Source: an uncultured Ohtaekwangia sp.
GTDB lineage: Bacteria > Bacteroidota > Bacteroidia > Cytophagales > Cyclobacteriaceae
Direction: 5' to 3'
DNA: 64,000 nt
Assembly (NCBI GenBank): GCA_964510765.1
Contig: CAZECP010000011.1
Location: 2,519 to 66,518 of the forward strand
Numbering within the stretch: the stretch's first letter is position 1; each line of letters begins with the position of its first letter. Shown here in pieces: positions 1 through 8,158 of the stretch. Both the position numbers and the translations under genes were made by a program. Under the pieces are notes generated by a model, which worked only from the letters and a program-made list of their open reading frames with translations, made no database searches and was not told the DNA's origin.

Positions 1-969
1 AATTTCGTAGATGATGGAGGGCCGCCATTCTTTTTCTATCCATTTGTAAATCGCCAACGGAAAATACGATTTATAATCGCGATCAAATGCCAGCGTATCG
101 TAGGTTTTGGATTGAAACCAGCGACCGATCAGAAGAAAAAATACAAGTCCGGTGAATGAATCGAGATAGCCTGCACCAGAGGCAGTGAGAATATCATACA
201 TGCTGCGGAAGTACAAGGCAAAAAAACCCAACGCAATCGGCACGTCAATATTGATCTGCTTCTGAGAAAAACTTTTCCACGCGTTGATGAGATAATCTTT
301 TCCGCTGTAGAAGAGAACAGGCGTTGCCAGCACCAAATTCAAATAAGAAAAAATCTTTTGCAACGATTCATCGCCTTTGTCAATTCCTAAATATTCAGGA
401 AAGCTCAACAGCATGATATTACCGAAACAAAATCCGGCAATCGCCAATTGAGCAACTGTTTTTTTCGTTTCGTCACTTGCTATTTTTTCAGGTTGTGCTA
501 AATGAATAGCAGGCAGATAGCCAACAGCAGCCATTGCAGACGCAATTTCACTCAATTCAATTTTTTGAGGATTGAAATCAATCGCGACCGACTTCTTTGA
601 AAAATTTACTTCTGACTTTATAATTCCTTCTTTCAGTTTTGGAAGCCGCTCCAGCAACCAAAGACAAGAGATGCAATGAACAGCCGGCACCTTAAATTCT
701 ACCTTTGAATAGTCAGCAGAGTCAAAGCTGAGTAATTGCTTGCGCACTTTAGGCTCATTCAACCAATCAAATTCCTGGCTTGTTGAACGGATTGTTTGAC
801 CCGCATTTTTATCGAGCGAATAATAATCGCAAAGATCATTTTGCTGAAGCAGACTGTAAACAGATTTACAGCCCGTGCAACAAAAATTCTTATCATCAAA
901 CTCAATGATTGTTTCTTCACAAGGCTGCCCGCAGTGGTAGCAGGTAGTTTCAATCAGAACTTCATTCAT
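1..969 (-). CDS. ccoI: Heavy-metal (Cu) translocating P-type ATPase, CcoI/FixI-like. Only the N-terminal 323 aa are present; the gene runs off the window start.
   Basis: The ORF track omits it because there is no stop codon in the window. I hand-translated the minus strand from the ATG at 969-967. It reads MNEVLIETTCYHCGQPCEETIIEFDDKNFCCTGCKSVYSLLQQNDLCDYY..., the Cys-rich cation-ATPase N-terminal metal-binding domain. It continues ...VEFKVPAVHCISCLWLLERL (HMA-like CxxC) and then into hydrophobic helices. I checked the frame codon by codon and it stays open to nt 1. Confidence 0.75.
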   Translation of the reverse strand, partial: MNEVLIETTCYHCGQPCEETIIEFDDKNFCCTGCKSVYSLLQQNDLCDYYSLDKNAGQTIRSTSQEFDWLNEPKVRKQLLSFDSADYSKVEFKVPAVHCISCLWLLERLPKLKEGIIKSEVNFSKKSVAIDFNPQKIELSEIASAMAAVGYLPAIHLAQPEKIASDETKKTVAQLAIAGFCFGNIMLLSFPEYLGIDKGDESLQKIFSYLNLVLATPVLFYSGKDYLINAWKSFSQKQINIDVPIALGFFALYFRSMYDILTASGAGYLDSFTGLVFFLLIGRWFQSKTYDTLAFDRDYKSYFPLAIYKWIEKEWRPSIIYEI

Positions 970-978
970 CTGCAAGAC

Positions 979-1812
979 TTATTTTATTTTGTAAGTCCAG
1001 ATGGGGCAACTGATATGATTCACAGCGTCTTCGGTAATGCTTCCACTCGCAAGGCGTGCCAATCCTCTTCTTCCATGTGTTGCCATTGCAATCAGCCCGG
1101 CCTTTTTGAATTCCACGAAATTTTTTAATCCGTCTTCCTCGTTAAGATCGTTATAAACGTTGATGGTGAAATTCTTCAGCATAAAGCGTTTGGCGAACGA
1201 TTTTAATTCGGGAATAGTTTTGGAATCTTTTCTGAAGACGGCTGGCGTATTGATGAAAACTAAATGTAGTTGCGCTTTGAAAAAATCCTGAAGACGTTTG
1301 ATCTCAGCCATCAGGTCTTCGTTTTCTTCCGTTGAAGAAACTGCAAGGACAATGTCCTGAATATCTTCCGGCTTTACTGCTTTCTTGATGGCGATCACCG
1401 GAATGTTTGCCTGACGAACAATTTTTTCTGTGTTTGAACCGATTATAAAATCGCGGATACCGGATGCCCCATGTGTCCCCATTACAATGGCATCGGCTTT
1501 CCAGCTTTCCGCCTGGGCCAATAGCTTTGCAGTGAAATTGCCGAATTCAACATCTGTGCGAATTTTTATCGCATCATTTTTCCATTTCGCTTTCAGTTTA
1601 TCGAATTGCTTTTCGGCACTCTTGCGCATATCATCATAATAGACCTCTTCAAAAGAAAGCGCTGGCATAAGCGTGGAGTCATACAGAACAGGCAGCTCAA
1701 CAATGTGCAACAATTTAATCTCGCCTCTGCTTTTTGTGGCAAGGCTCACTGCAAATTTTACGGCCTCCTGACTCGGAAGAGAAAAATCGACCGGAACCAA
1801 TATCTTTTTCAT
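979..1812 (-). CDS. Universal stress protein with tandem UspA domains
   Basis: 277-aa ORF. It starts MKKILVPVDFS and contains two '..MGTHG/ATHGRRG..' ATP-binding-type motifs. It sits 9 nt upstream of ccoI on the same strand. Confidence 0.85.
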   Translation of the reverse strand: MKKILVPVDFSLPSQEAVKFAVSLATKSRGEIKLLHIVELPVLYDSTLMPALSFEEVYYDDMRKSAEKQFDKLKAKWKNDAIKIRTDVEFGNFTAKLLAQAESWKADAIVMGTHGASGIRDFIIGSNTEKIVRQANIPVIAIKKAVKPEDIQDIVLAVSSTEENEDLMAEIKRLQDFFKAQLHLVFINTPAVFRKDSKTIPELKSFAKRFMLKNFTINVYNDLNEEDGLKNFVEFKKAGLIAMATHGRRGLARLASGSITEDAVNHISCPIWTYKIK

Positions 1813-1866
1813 AACGAGGTTGGTTTACTTAGAATCAAAAGTACACTCCCTCCATTGACCTCCTTC

Positions 1867-1880
1867 ATGATGGCCATCAA
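1867..1880. promoter_or_regulatory. FNR/CRP-type box ATGATggccATCAA. This is 9/10 to TTGAT-N4-ATCAA, and the core TGATGGCCATCA is a perfect palindrome.
   Basis: I read it directly in the 96-nt spacer between the fnr-like gene stop (1909) and the USP start (1812). The centre lies about 61 nt upstream of the USP ATG, which fits a class-II (-41.5) FNR promoter with a short leader. Confidence 0.5.
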
Positions 1881-1908
1881 AGCAAAAGATGACTTTCATC
1901 AGGATTTT

Positions 1909-2625
1909 TCAGGCGATGATGAGATCGGCTTGCTTGGCAAGTCTTCGGCTGTCCATCACGCGGATTTTCTTACCTTCAAAAGTGATCAGGCCATCGTTTT
2001 TGAATTCGGATAAAAGACGAATAACCGTTTCCGTTGCAGTGCCCACAATCGCAGCAAGATCTTCGCGCGAAAGCGCAATGTCAATCAGGGTGCTGCCTTC
2101 ACCTTCCATGCCGTATGTTTCTTTCAGCATCAGCAGATTGGCAGCCAACCGCTCCCGCACTGATTTGTGTGCGAGCTCGGCCATGCGCTCTTCCATAATG
2201 CCCATCTCATGACACACTGCTTTCACTACTTTTTTCATAAAGGCCGGATTCTTTTGAAGGATATCAAAGAAAACTTCTTTTGGTATGTAACAGATTTTGG
2301 CATCCTCCAGGACCGTGGCTGTGGCGGCATACATTTCTTCACCCATCAGAGCACGATACCCAAGAAAATCTCCCGGCTTAGCGATGTAGATGATATATTC
2401 TTTGCCCTGGATATTGTTCTTTGACACTTTCACCTTACCATCGTTCATACAGTAGATGCCGGTAGGTCGCACACCTTCATAGAAAATGTTCTGGCCTTTC
2501 TTATAAGTAATGCACGTCTTGTGAGAATTGATGCGATCAAGATCATCCGTTTCCAGCCCGTGGAACAACGAATCCTTCAGATGATCACAGAGATTGCAAA
2601 TGGTGGAAAACTCAGATTTGGCCAT
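1909..2625 (-). CDS. Crp/Fnr family transcriptional regulator (cNMP-binding domain plus C-terminal HTH)
   Basis: The ORF-track entry 1909..2826 has a non-protein-like N-terminal extension. The internal start MAKSEFSTICNLCDH... (ATG at 2625) gives a 238-aa protein with typical Crp/Fnr length and motifs: ..GDFLGYRALMGEE.., ..SREDLAAIVGTATETVIRLLSEF... It has N-terminal Cys residues (CNLC). Confidence 0.85.
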   Translation of the reverse strand: MAKSEFSTICNLCDHLKDSLFHGLETDDLDRINSHKTCITYKKGQNIFYEGVRPTGIYCMNDGKVKVSKNNIQGKEYIIYIAKPGDFLGYRALMGEEMYAATATVLEDAKICYIPKEVFFDILQKNPAFMKKVVKAVCHEMGIMEERMAELAHKSVRERLAANLLMLKETYGMEGEGSTLIDIALSREDLAAIVGTATETVIRLLSEFKNDGLITFEGKKIRVMDSRRLAKQADLIIA

Positions 2626-2676
2626 GCTGAAAATTCGATAAAAAATCAGTTGGATACAATAGCAACTTCTTGGAAC

Positions 2677-2697
2677 AAAAAAAGCCGCGAGGCGGCT
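2677..2697 (-). terminator. Rho-independent terminator read on the minus strand: AGCCGC-ctc-GCGGCT followed by a T7 run
   Basis: The plus strand reads aaaaaaaGCCGCgagGCGGCT. On the minus strand this is a GC hairpin followed by TTTTTTT. It lies 29 nt downstream of the small lipoprotein ORF stop and upstream of the fnr-like start. Confidence 0.6.
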
Positions 2698-2725
2698 AAA
2701 AGGTTTTCGGGTTAAGTATAGCGAA

Positions 2726-2839
2726 CTAGATTCTGTGATTTTTTTCAGGAGCAGCTTTCGAGTATGTCGGGCAAGTGTATTGAGAACATGCGGATACGAT
2801 AGCCGCCAAAAGCAACAAAGCTGCAATAGACTTTTTCAT
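2726..2839 (-). CDS. Small (37-aa) putative lipoprotein. It is absent from the ORF track because it is shorter than 60 aa.
   Basis: Hand translation gives MKKSIAALLLLAAIVSACSQYTCPTYSKAAPEKNHRI*. It has a classic n-region, a hydrophobic core and an SAC lipobox. A dedicated terminator hairpin follows at 2677-2697. Confidence 0.45.
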   Translation of the reverse strand: MKKSIAALLLLAAIVSACSQYTCPTYSKAAPEKNHRI

Positions 2840-3033
2840 ACTTATTGGATTTTAGTGAAGTTCAAAGGTAGGTTCGTTCTTTGGCTAATAAAAACTTAAT
2901 AATGTTAAAATTCTTACATAAGTCCTTAGCCGTCAGGATTAATCCCGTAGCTTGACTAACCTGGCAAAATTGAAAGTTTTCAGAACATAAATTGCCGATA
3001 TTTGGTTTTAGTAGGATAAAATCAAAACAATTC

Positions 3034-4131
3034 ATGCTCGGTCATCGCTTTTCCAAATTTGTCCCACCGCCTAACGGAGGCAAGTCAGGGTTTGAAAATC
3101 TGCTGAAGGTTTTCATGCAACTACTGCTTATTACATCAGGCAACGCGGCCGAGGCATTGCAATGGCTCACCGAGGTTGACAAACAATATGGCTTGACCAA
3201 CTCAGAATATGGCATTGGTGATTTCATTGAAGACCTTAAGAAGAATGGATACATTACCGATGATGGTCCGAATGGCGAATTCAAATTGAAAGCAAAAGCG
3301 GAACAGAGCCTTCGCGAATCAGCCCTTGAGGAAATATTTGGCAAACTAAAACGCACCAAGCCAGGCGGCCACCAAACGCATCACAACGGAAGGGGAGACG
3401 AGCCGACCACCGACAGGCGCGATTATGAATTTGGTGATACGCTGGAGCAAATCTCGATGACGGATTCGCTTCGCAATGCGCAAATCCATCACGGCTTCGA
3501 AGATTTCTTCATGACAGAAGATGATTTGGAGGTGGTGGAGAACGAATTCAAAGCACAAACCTCTACGGTGTTGATGATTGACATTTCGCACTCGATGATT
3601 TTGTATGGCGAAGATCGCATCACTCCCGCCAAGAAAGTGGCGATGGCCTTATCAGAATTGATTACGAAAAAATATCCAAAAGACACGCTCGACATTTTAG
3701 TGTTTGGTGATGATGCGTGGCAAATCGAAATTAAAGACTTGCCTTATTTGCAGGTCGGCCCTTATCACACAAATACGGTTGCTGGTTTGGAATTGGCGAT
3801 GGGAATTTTGCGCAGGAAGAAAAATGCCAACAAGCAAATCTTTATGATCACCGATGGCAAACCAACTTGTATCAAGCAAGGAATCAAATATTACAAAAAC
3901 AGCTTTGGCCTCGATCAGAAAATCTTGAGTAAAACACTCGACCTGGCCGTGCAATTGCGGAAAATAAAAATTCCTGTCACCACGTTTATGATTGCAACTG
4001 ATCCATATCTGAAAGCGTTTGTGCGAGAGTTCACCAAAGCCAACAACGGCAATGCGTATTACAGTAGCTTGCAGGGATTGGGCAATTTGGTGTTTGAAGA
4101 TTTCAAAAAGAATAGGACGAAGAATTTATAA
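3034..4131 (+). CDS. von Willebrand factor A (vWA) domain protein, CoxE-like partner of a ChlI-like ATPase
   Basis: MIDAS motif D-x-S-x-S in 'LMIDISHSMILYG' and 'IFMITDGKPT'. The ATG at 3034 (MLGHRF...) is preferred over the TTG at 2992. Confidence 0.8.
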   Translation: MLGHRFSKFVPPPNGGKSGFENLLKVFMQLLLITSGNAAEALQWLTEVDKQYGLTNSEYGIGDFIEDLKKNGYITDDGPNGEFKLKAKAEQSLRESALEEIFGKLKRTKPGGHQTHHNGRGDEPTTDRRDYEFGDTLEQISMTDSLRNAQIHHGFEDFFMTEDDLEVVENEFKAQTSTVLMIDISHSMILYGEDRITPAKKVAMALSELITKKYPKDTLDILVFGDDAWQIEIKDLPYLQVGPYHTNTVAGLELAMGILRRKKNANKQIFMITDGKPTCIKQGIKYYKNSFGLDQKILSKTLDLAVQLRKIKIPVTTFMIATDPYLKAFVREFTKANNGNAYYSSLQGLGNLVFEDFKKNRTKNL

Positions 4132-4160
4132 GCAACATTTCTGTTTTCAAAAGTTTAATA

Positions 4161-5669
4161 ATGAACAAACCAACCACACTCGGCCAACTCAAGGCATCCG
4201 GCCATACTTTCAAAACTATCAAAGACGAACTTCGTGCAAATTTGATTGAGAACCTGAAGAAGAAGGAAAATGTATTTGCCGGAATCTGGGGTTATGAAGA
4301 AACCGTTATCCCTGATCTTGAGCGTGCGATTCTTGCAGGCCACGATGTGAATCTTCTCGGCTTGCGTGGTCAGGCAAAGACAAGACTTGCGCGAATGATG
4401 GTGAACTTGCTTGACGAATATATTCCCGTGATCGAAGGTTCAGAGTTGAATGATGATCCGCTACAGCCGTTGTCAAGGTATGGTCGCGATAAGGTCAATG
4501 AATTGGGTGATAATACTCCGATCACATGGCTGCATCGTGAGGAGCGTTATACCGAAAAACTTGCCACACCCGATGTGTCCATTGCCGATTTGATTGGTGA
4601 TGTGGATCCGATCAAAGCGGCTTCATTAAAACTTCCTTATTCTGATGAGCGTGTGATTCACTTCGGGTTAATTCCGCGATCGCATCGCTGCATTTTTGTA
4701 ATCAACGAGTTGCCAGACTTACAAGCAAGAATCCAGGTTGCGCTCTTTAATATTTTACAAGAAGGAGATATTCAAATTCGCGGATTCAAATTGCGACTGC
4801 CTTTGGATATTCAGTTTGTGTTTACGGCAAACCCAGAAGACTATACCAATCGTGGAAGCATTGTCACTCCACTGAAAGATCGGATCGATAGCCAGATCAT
4901 CACGCACTATCCAAGGTCAATAGAAATCGGAAGAAAAATTACGCAGCAAGAAGCCCGCATTCGAACAGAGCAAAGCAAAGTTGTTTCTGTAAACGACATT
5001 GCTAAGGATTTGATCGAGCAGATTGCATTCGAGGCGCGCAAGAGTGAATTTGTGGATGCGAAGAGTGGCGTATCTGCACGACTTACTATTTCTGCCTTTG
5101 AAAATCTGATTGCGGCTGCCGAGCGGAGATCACTCATTAATAAAGAGTCATCCACCGACATTCGCATTTCTGATTTTATCGGAGTGGTTCCGTCCGTTAC
5201 CGGGAAAGTGGAGTTGGTGTATGAAGGTCAGCAGGAGGGCCCGGGAATTGTTGCTCAGAATTTGGTTGGCAAATCGCTCCGCACTCAGTTTTTGAATTAC
5301 TTTCCTGATCCTGAAAAATTCCGCAAGCAAAAAGACAAAAGCCCGTACAAGAAAATTACCGAATGGTTTGGCGATGGCAACACGATTGATTTGCTGCATG
5401 ATTTGAGTAACCAGGACTACGAGAAATCTTTAAAATCAGTGCCTGGTCTTGCTGATCTTGTGAATGAATTTCAAAAAGGAAAAGATGCAAACCTTAAGTT
5501 GTTTTTCATGGAGTTCGCACTTCATGGCCTAGCCGAATACAGTTTGATCAGCAAACATAATCTGACAGCCGGCCTTCAATTTAAAGACTTGCTCAGCAGC
5601 ATGTTCAGCATGCCCAAAGAAGACGAAGACGATGAAGAAGACGAAGCCTTCGGTAACAGCAAGTACTGA
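4161..5669 (+). CDS. AAA+ ATPase of the Mg-chelatase subunit I (ChlI/BchI)-like family
   Basis: 502 aa. Walker-A-like 'LLGLRGQAKTRLAR', Walker-B-like 'CIFVINELPDL', and an acidic C-terminal tail (EDEDDEEDE). It begins 29 nt after the vWA gene. Confidence 0.8.
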   Translation: MNKPTTLGQLKASGHTFKTIKDELRANLIENLKKKENVFAGIWGYEETVIPDLERAILAGHDVNLLGLRGQAKTRLARMMVNLLDEYIPVIEGSELNDDPLQPLSRYGRDKVNELGDNTPITWLHREERYTEKLATPDVSIADLIGDVDPIKAASLKLPYSDERVIHFGLIPRSHRCIFVINELPDLQARIQVALFNILQEGDIQIRGFKLRLPLDIQFVFTANPEDYTNRGSIVTPLKDRIDSQIITHYPRSIEIGRKITQQEARIRTEQSKVVSVNDIAKDLIEQIAFEARKSEFVDAKSGVSARLTISAFENLIAAAERRSLINKESSTDIRISDFIGVVPSVTGKVELVYEGQQEGPGIVAQNLVGKSLRTQFLNYFPDPEKFRKQKDKSPYKKITEWFGDGNTIDLLHDLSNQDYEKSLKSVPGLADLVNEFQKGKDANLKLFFMEFALHGLAEYSLISKHNLTAGLQFKDLLSSMFSMPKEDEDDEEDEAFGNSKY

Positions 5670-6309
5670 TAGCGAAGAAGTTTATCAGCTGCGCAGGTTG
5701 GTGATGGAGGGCGAAGGGCAACATCTTGAATTCAAGCGCAAAGTTTCGCAGCCTGAAAAAATTGTACGCGAGATGATCGCTTTCGCGAATAGCGATGGCG
5801 GCACTTTATTGATTGGTGTGGATGATGACGGTACGTTGGCCGGAGTAAAGTATCCTGATGAAGAATTATTGATGGTGCGGCAAGCTTTAGAGAGGCATAT
5901 GCGACAACCATTGGTTTATCACGATTCACTAGTTGAGTTGACGCCAAACAAATTTGTGCTTCGCCTCGATATTCCGCCAAGCGACAAACGTCCACTCTAC
6001 TTTATTGATGAGAAAAACCAACGCGAAAGTTTTGTGCGCATGAATGACATGAGCATAAAGGCCAGTTTGCAGATGAATGAAATCATTCGCAGAAAAAGGA
6101 ATAACAAGAACGTGCGATTTTATTTTGCCGAACACGAACTGACTTTGATGAAATATCTGGACGAACGCGAAACAATTACACTTCGGGACTTTCAAAAGCT
6201 CACCGGCTTAAATCAATTTGCGGCTTCGCGAAAGTTGATTTTATTGGTGCTTGCCAACGTTTTGAAAATCACGGCTACAGAGAAAGGTGATTTTTATTCA
6301 CGCGTTTAG
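5632..6309 (+). CDS. AlbA_2 (Schlafen-type) domain protein with a C-terminal wHTH-like region
   Basis: 'EGQHLEFKRK...IVREMIAFANSDGGTLLIGVDDDGTLAGV' is the AlbA_2 signature. The ATG at 5632 overlaps the ATPase gene by 38 nt. An alternative start lies at 5704. Confidence 0.7.
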   Translation: MKKTKPSVTASTDSEEVYQLRRLVMEGEGQHLEFKRKVSQPEKIVREMIAFANSDGGTLLIGVDDDGTLAGVKYPDEELLMVRQALERHMRQPLVYHDSLVELTPNKFVLRLDIPPSDKRPLYFIDEKNQRESFVRMNDMSIKASLQMNEIIRRKRNNKNVRFYFAEHELTLMKYLDERETITLRDFQKLTGLNQFAASRKLILLVLANVLKITATEKGDFYSRV

Positions 6310-7010
6310 ATCACGCGACCAGCCATCACTTTTATTTCTGATCCTTCTGCAAGAAAAACGGAAACAGGTTTTTCTGAGTTCAAAAAATCAAATGACTTTC
6401 CATACACATCACCAAAATCGACATCGATGTTGTATTCTTTAGTTTGATAGACATCCCAGCGCGGATGCTGCACCCCATACTCAGAAGTTTTGTCTTTCAC
6501 CTGAGTGTAGCCCCAATAATGCTCAGTAATGAATTCTTCTTCGCTACCAGAGGCAATTTCATTTGCTGTCGATGAAGTTGTTACTGAAAGGGAATTCCAT
6601 GTTTTCTTTTTCCATTTGTATTCGACACGGAGATAATCGTTTGCACTGTCCCATACGTGTGACATCGGCATCGTTTCGTAATTCTCCTTGTAGATTGTAT
6701 TTGCCACAAAAGTTAAAGCTGGCTTTGGAACGATTTCTTTGATGAATACGACTCCGCGTTTCCACTCGTTCCCACCTTTGTAACGCACGTAGAACCTAAG
6801 ATTTACTTCTTCAAAGTTGGTGTGAAATGGAATTTTGAATCCTTTCAATTTCGTATTCAAAAACATGAAACCAACGAGGCTCACATAGCAGGTGTCGTTC
6901 CAGAAATCAAATTCAGTTTTGTTAGGAAGAAAGGGTCGAAGGTATTTTTGATCAACGGCATAGTTTGCCATGGCCAATTTTCTCCATTCAGCAGTTAGAA
7001 ATGTGCTCAC
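6306..7010 (-). CDS. DUF2071 (YgjF-like) family protein
   Basis: The N-terminus 'FLTAEWRKLAMANY' and the overall 234-aa length match my memory of DUF2071. Confidence 0.6.
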   Translation of the reverse strand: MSTFLTAEWRKLAMANYAVDQKYLRPFLPNKTEFDFWNDTCYVSLVGFMFLNTKLKGFKIPFHTNFEEVNLRFYVRYKGGNEWKRGVVFIKEIVPKPALTFVANTIYKENYETMPMSHVWDSANDYLRVEYKWKKKTWNSLSVTTSSTANEIASGSEEEFITEHYWGYTQVKDKTSEYGVQHPRWDVYQTKEYNIDVDFGDVYGKSFDFLNSEKPVSVFLAEGSEIKVMAGRVI

Positions 7011-7381
7011 AATTCTTCTTCGCGTTCCAGCATAAGAATGGATGCTTGCGGCACGATGAAATATTTTTCTTTCTCGTACTGAACTTCAATCGCTCCTTTC
7101 TGGAGGAAGATAGCTAGGTCACCTTCCTGCGCCTGGAGGGGCAAATATTTTACTTGATCCTCTTTTCCTTTCCAAAGATCATCTTCATCAGCGGGCATCG
7201 GCAGTGGATATCCAGGCCCAACTTTAATGACATAACCACTTTGAATTTTTTCTTTTTCTTGAACACCCGGTGGCAGATACAAGCCACTGTCTGTTTTATC
7301 ATTTTGTTTGCCGGGGCGGATTAAAACGCGATCGCCCACCACGATTAATTTTTTCAATTTGTTGTCTGCTGTCACTTTCAT
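7007..7381 (-). CDS. GroES/Cpn10-family co-chaperone-like protein
   Basis: 'LIVVGDRVLIRPGKQNDKTDSGLYLPPGVQEKEKIQSGYVIKVGPG' matches the Cpn10 pattern. It has a 4-nt overlap with the downstream gene. Confidence 0.65.
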   Translation of the reverse strand: MKVTADNKLKKLIVVGDRVLIRPGKQNDKTDSGLYLPPGVQEKEKIQSGYVIKVGPGYPLPMPADEDDLWKGKEDQVKYLPLQAQEGDLAIFLQKGAIEVQYEKEKYFIVPQASILMLEREEEL

Positions 7382-7382
7382 A

Positions 7383-7775
7383 CTACTTCTCCTTTACAAT
7401 TTGAATGATAAAATAAATTGGATAACACAGCAAAAATAAATTAGGCGCCCACCAACTCCAATTATAATCGTGATGGTAAATCCAAAATGAAATAGCCTGC
7501 AGGCCGCTGCAACTGGTAAGCACCAACGAAATCAGTGTGAGGCTTTTCCATTTCGGGATTTCTTTTTTGAATGAATAAATACTTGTCAAGCCTGTAGCCG
7601 ACACCAGCATATCCAGTGGGAAGAACGACCAGTTCCAATGAACGAGAATTGGGTTTGTGTAGTCGTTGTACAAAAATTCATCAGGAATTATTTTAAGAAT
7701 CGTGATGATCCAATAAAGAATAAACCCGATATCAACCAAAAGGAAGAGAGCGTGAAGAACTCTCAGGTTCTTCAT
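7383..7775 (-). CDS. Small integral membrane protein with about 4 TM helices; function unknown
   Basis: 130 aa and strongly hydrophobic. It is packed between neighbours, with an ATGA overlap to the upstream gene at 7772-7775. Confidence 0.6.
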   Translation of the reverse strand: MKNLRVLHALFLLVDIGFILYWIITILKIIPDEFLYNDYTNPILVHWNWSFFPLDMLVSATGLTSIYSFKKEIPKWKSLTLISLVLTSCSGLQAISFWIYHHDYNWSWWAPNLFLLCYPIYFIIQIVKEK

Positions 7776-8125
7776 TTCTTTTTTGTGGCCGTGAATGGAA
7801 ACGTCATCCCTTGCACTGATACGTTACCTGCCATTTGGTTTTCCTTTATTGTGGTATCGAAGTAGATGTTCATGCCCTGGTAATCGAAATCGCCAGTAGA
7901 TTTTTTTGTTTTGCCTTCAAATTTGAATTGATTGAATTTCATTTCGCCTCCCTCTGACTTCATCGTTGCGGTAAAAGTCTTGTCTGCATTTTTAGTCACT
8001 ACTAAAGTTCCAGAGTAATCACCTTGCGGGGTGCCGGTGATTTTGTAATCCCAATTGCCAACGGGTGAAATGGAAGCGCAAGACGCTAAGATGAATGCTA
8101 CAAATAAGAATGATAAAGTTTTCAT
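7772..8125 (-). CDS. Small lipoprotein of unknown function
   Basis: Signal peptide and lipobox MKTLSFLFVAFILASCAS. 117 aa. Confidence 0.6.
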   Translation of the reverse strand: MKTLSFLFVAFILASCASISPVGNWDYKITGTPQGDYSGTLVVTKNADKTFTATMKSEGGEMKFNQFKFEGKTKKSTGDFDYQGMNIYFDTTIKENQMAGNVSVQGMTFPFTATKKK

Positions 8126-8158
8126 AGGTTTAGGTTTTTTGACAGACGAATATAAAAA

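Noticed and set aside
2626-2826. N-terminal 67-aa extension of the Crp/Fnr ORF (track entry 1909..2826)
   Set aside because: The extension (MQLCCFWRLSYPHVLNTLARH...) is not protein-like and crosses a terminator hairpin. It also overlaps, in another frame, a much more convincing small lipoprotein ORF. Crp/Fnr proteins are about 230-250 aa, which matches the start at 2625.
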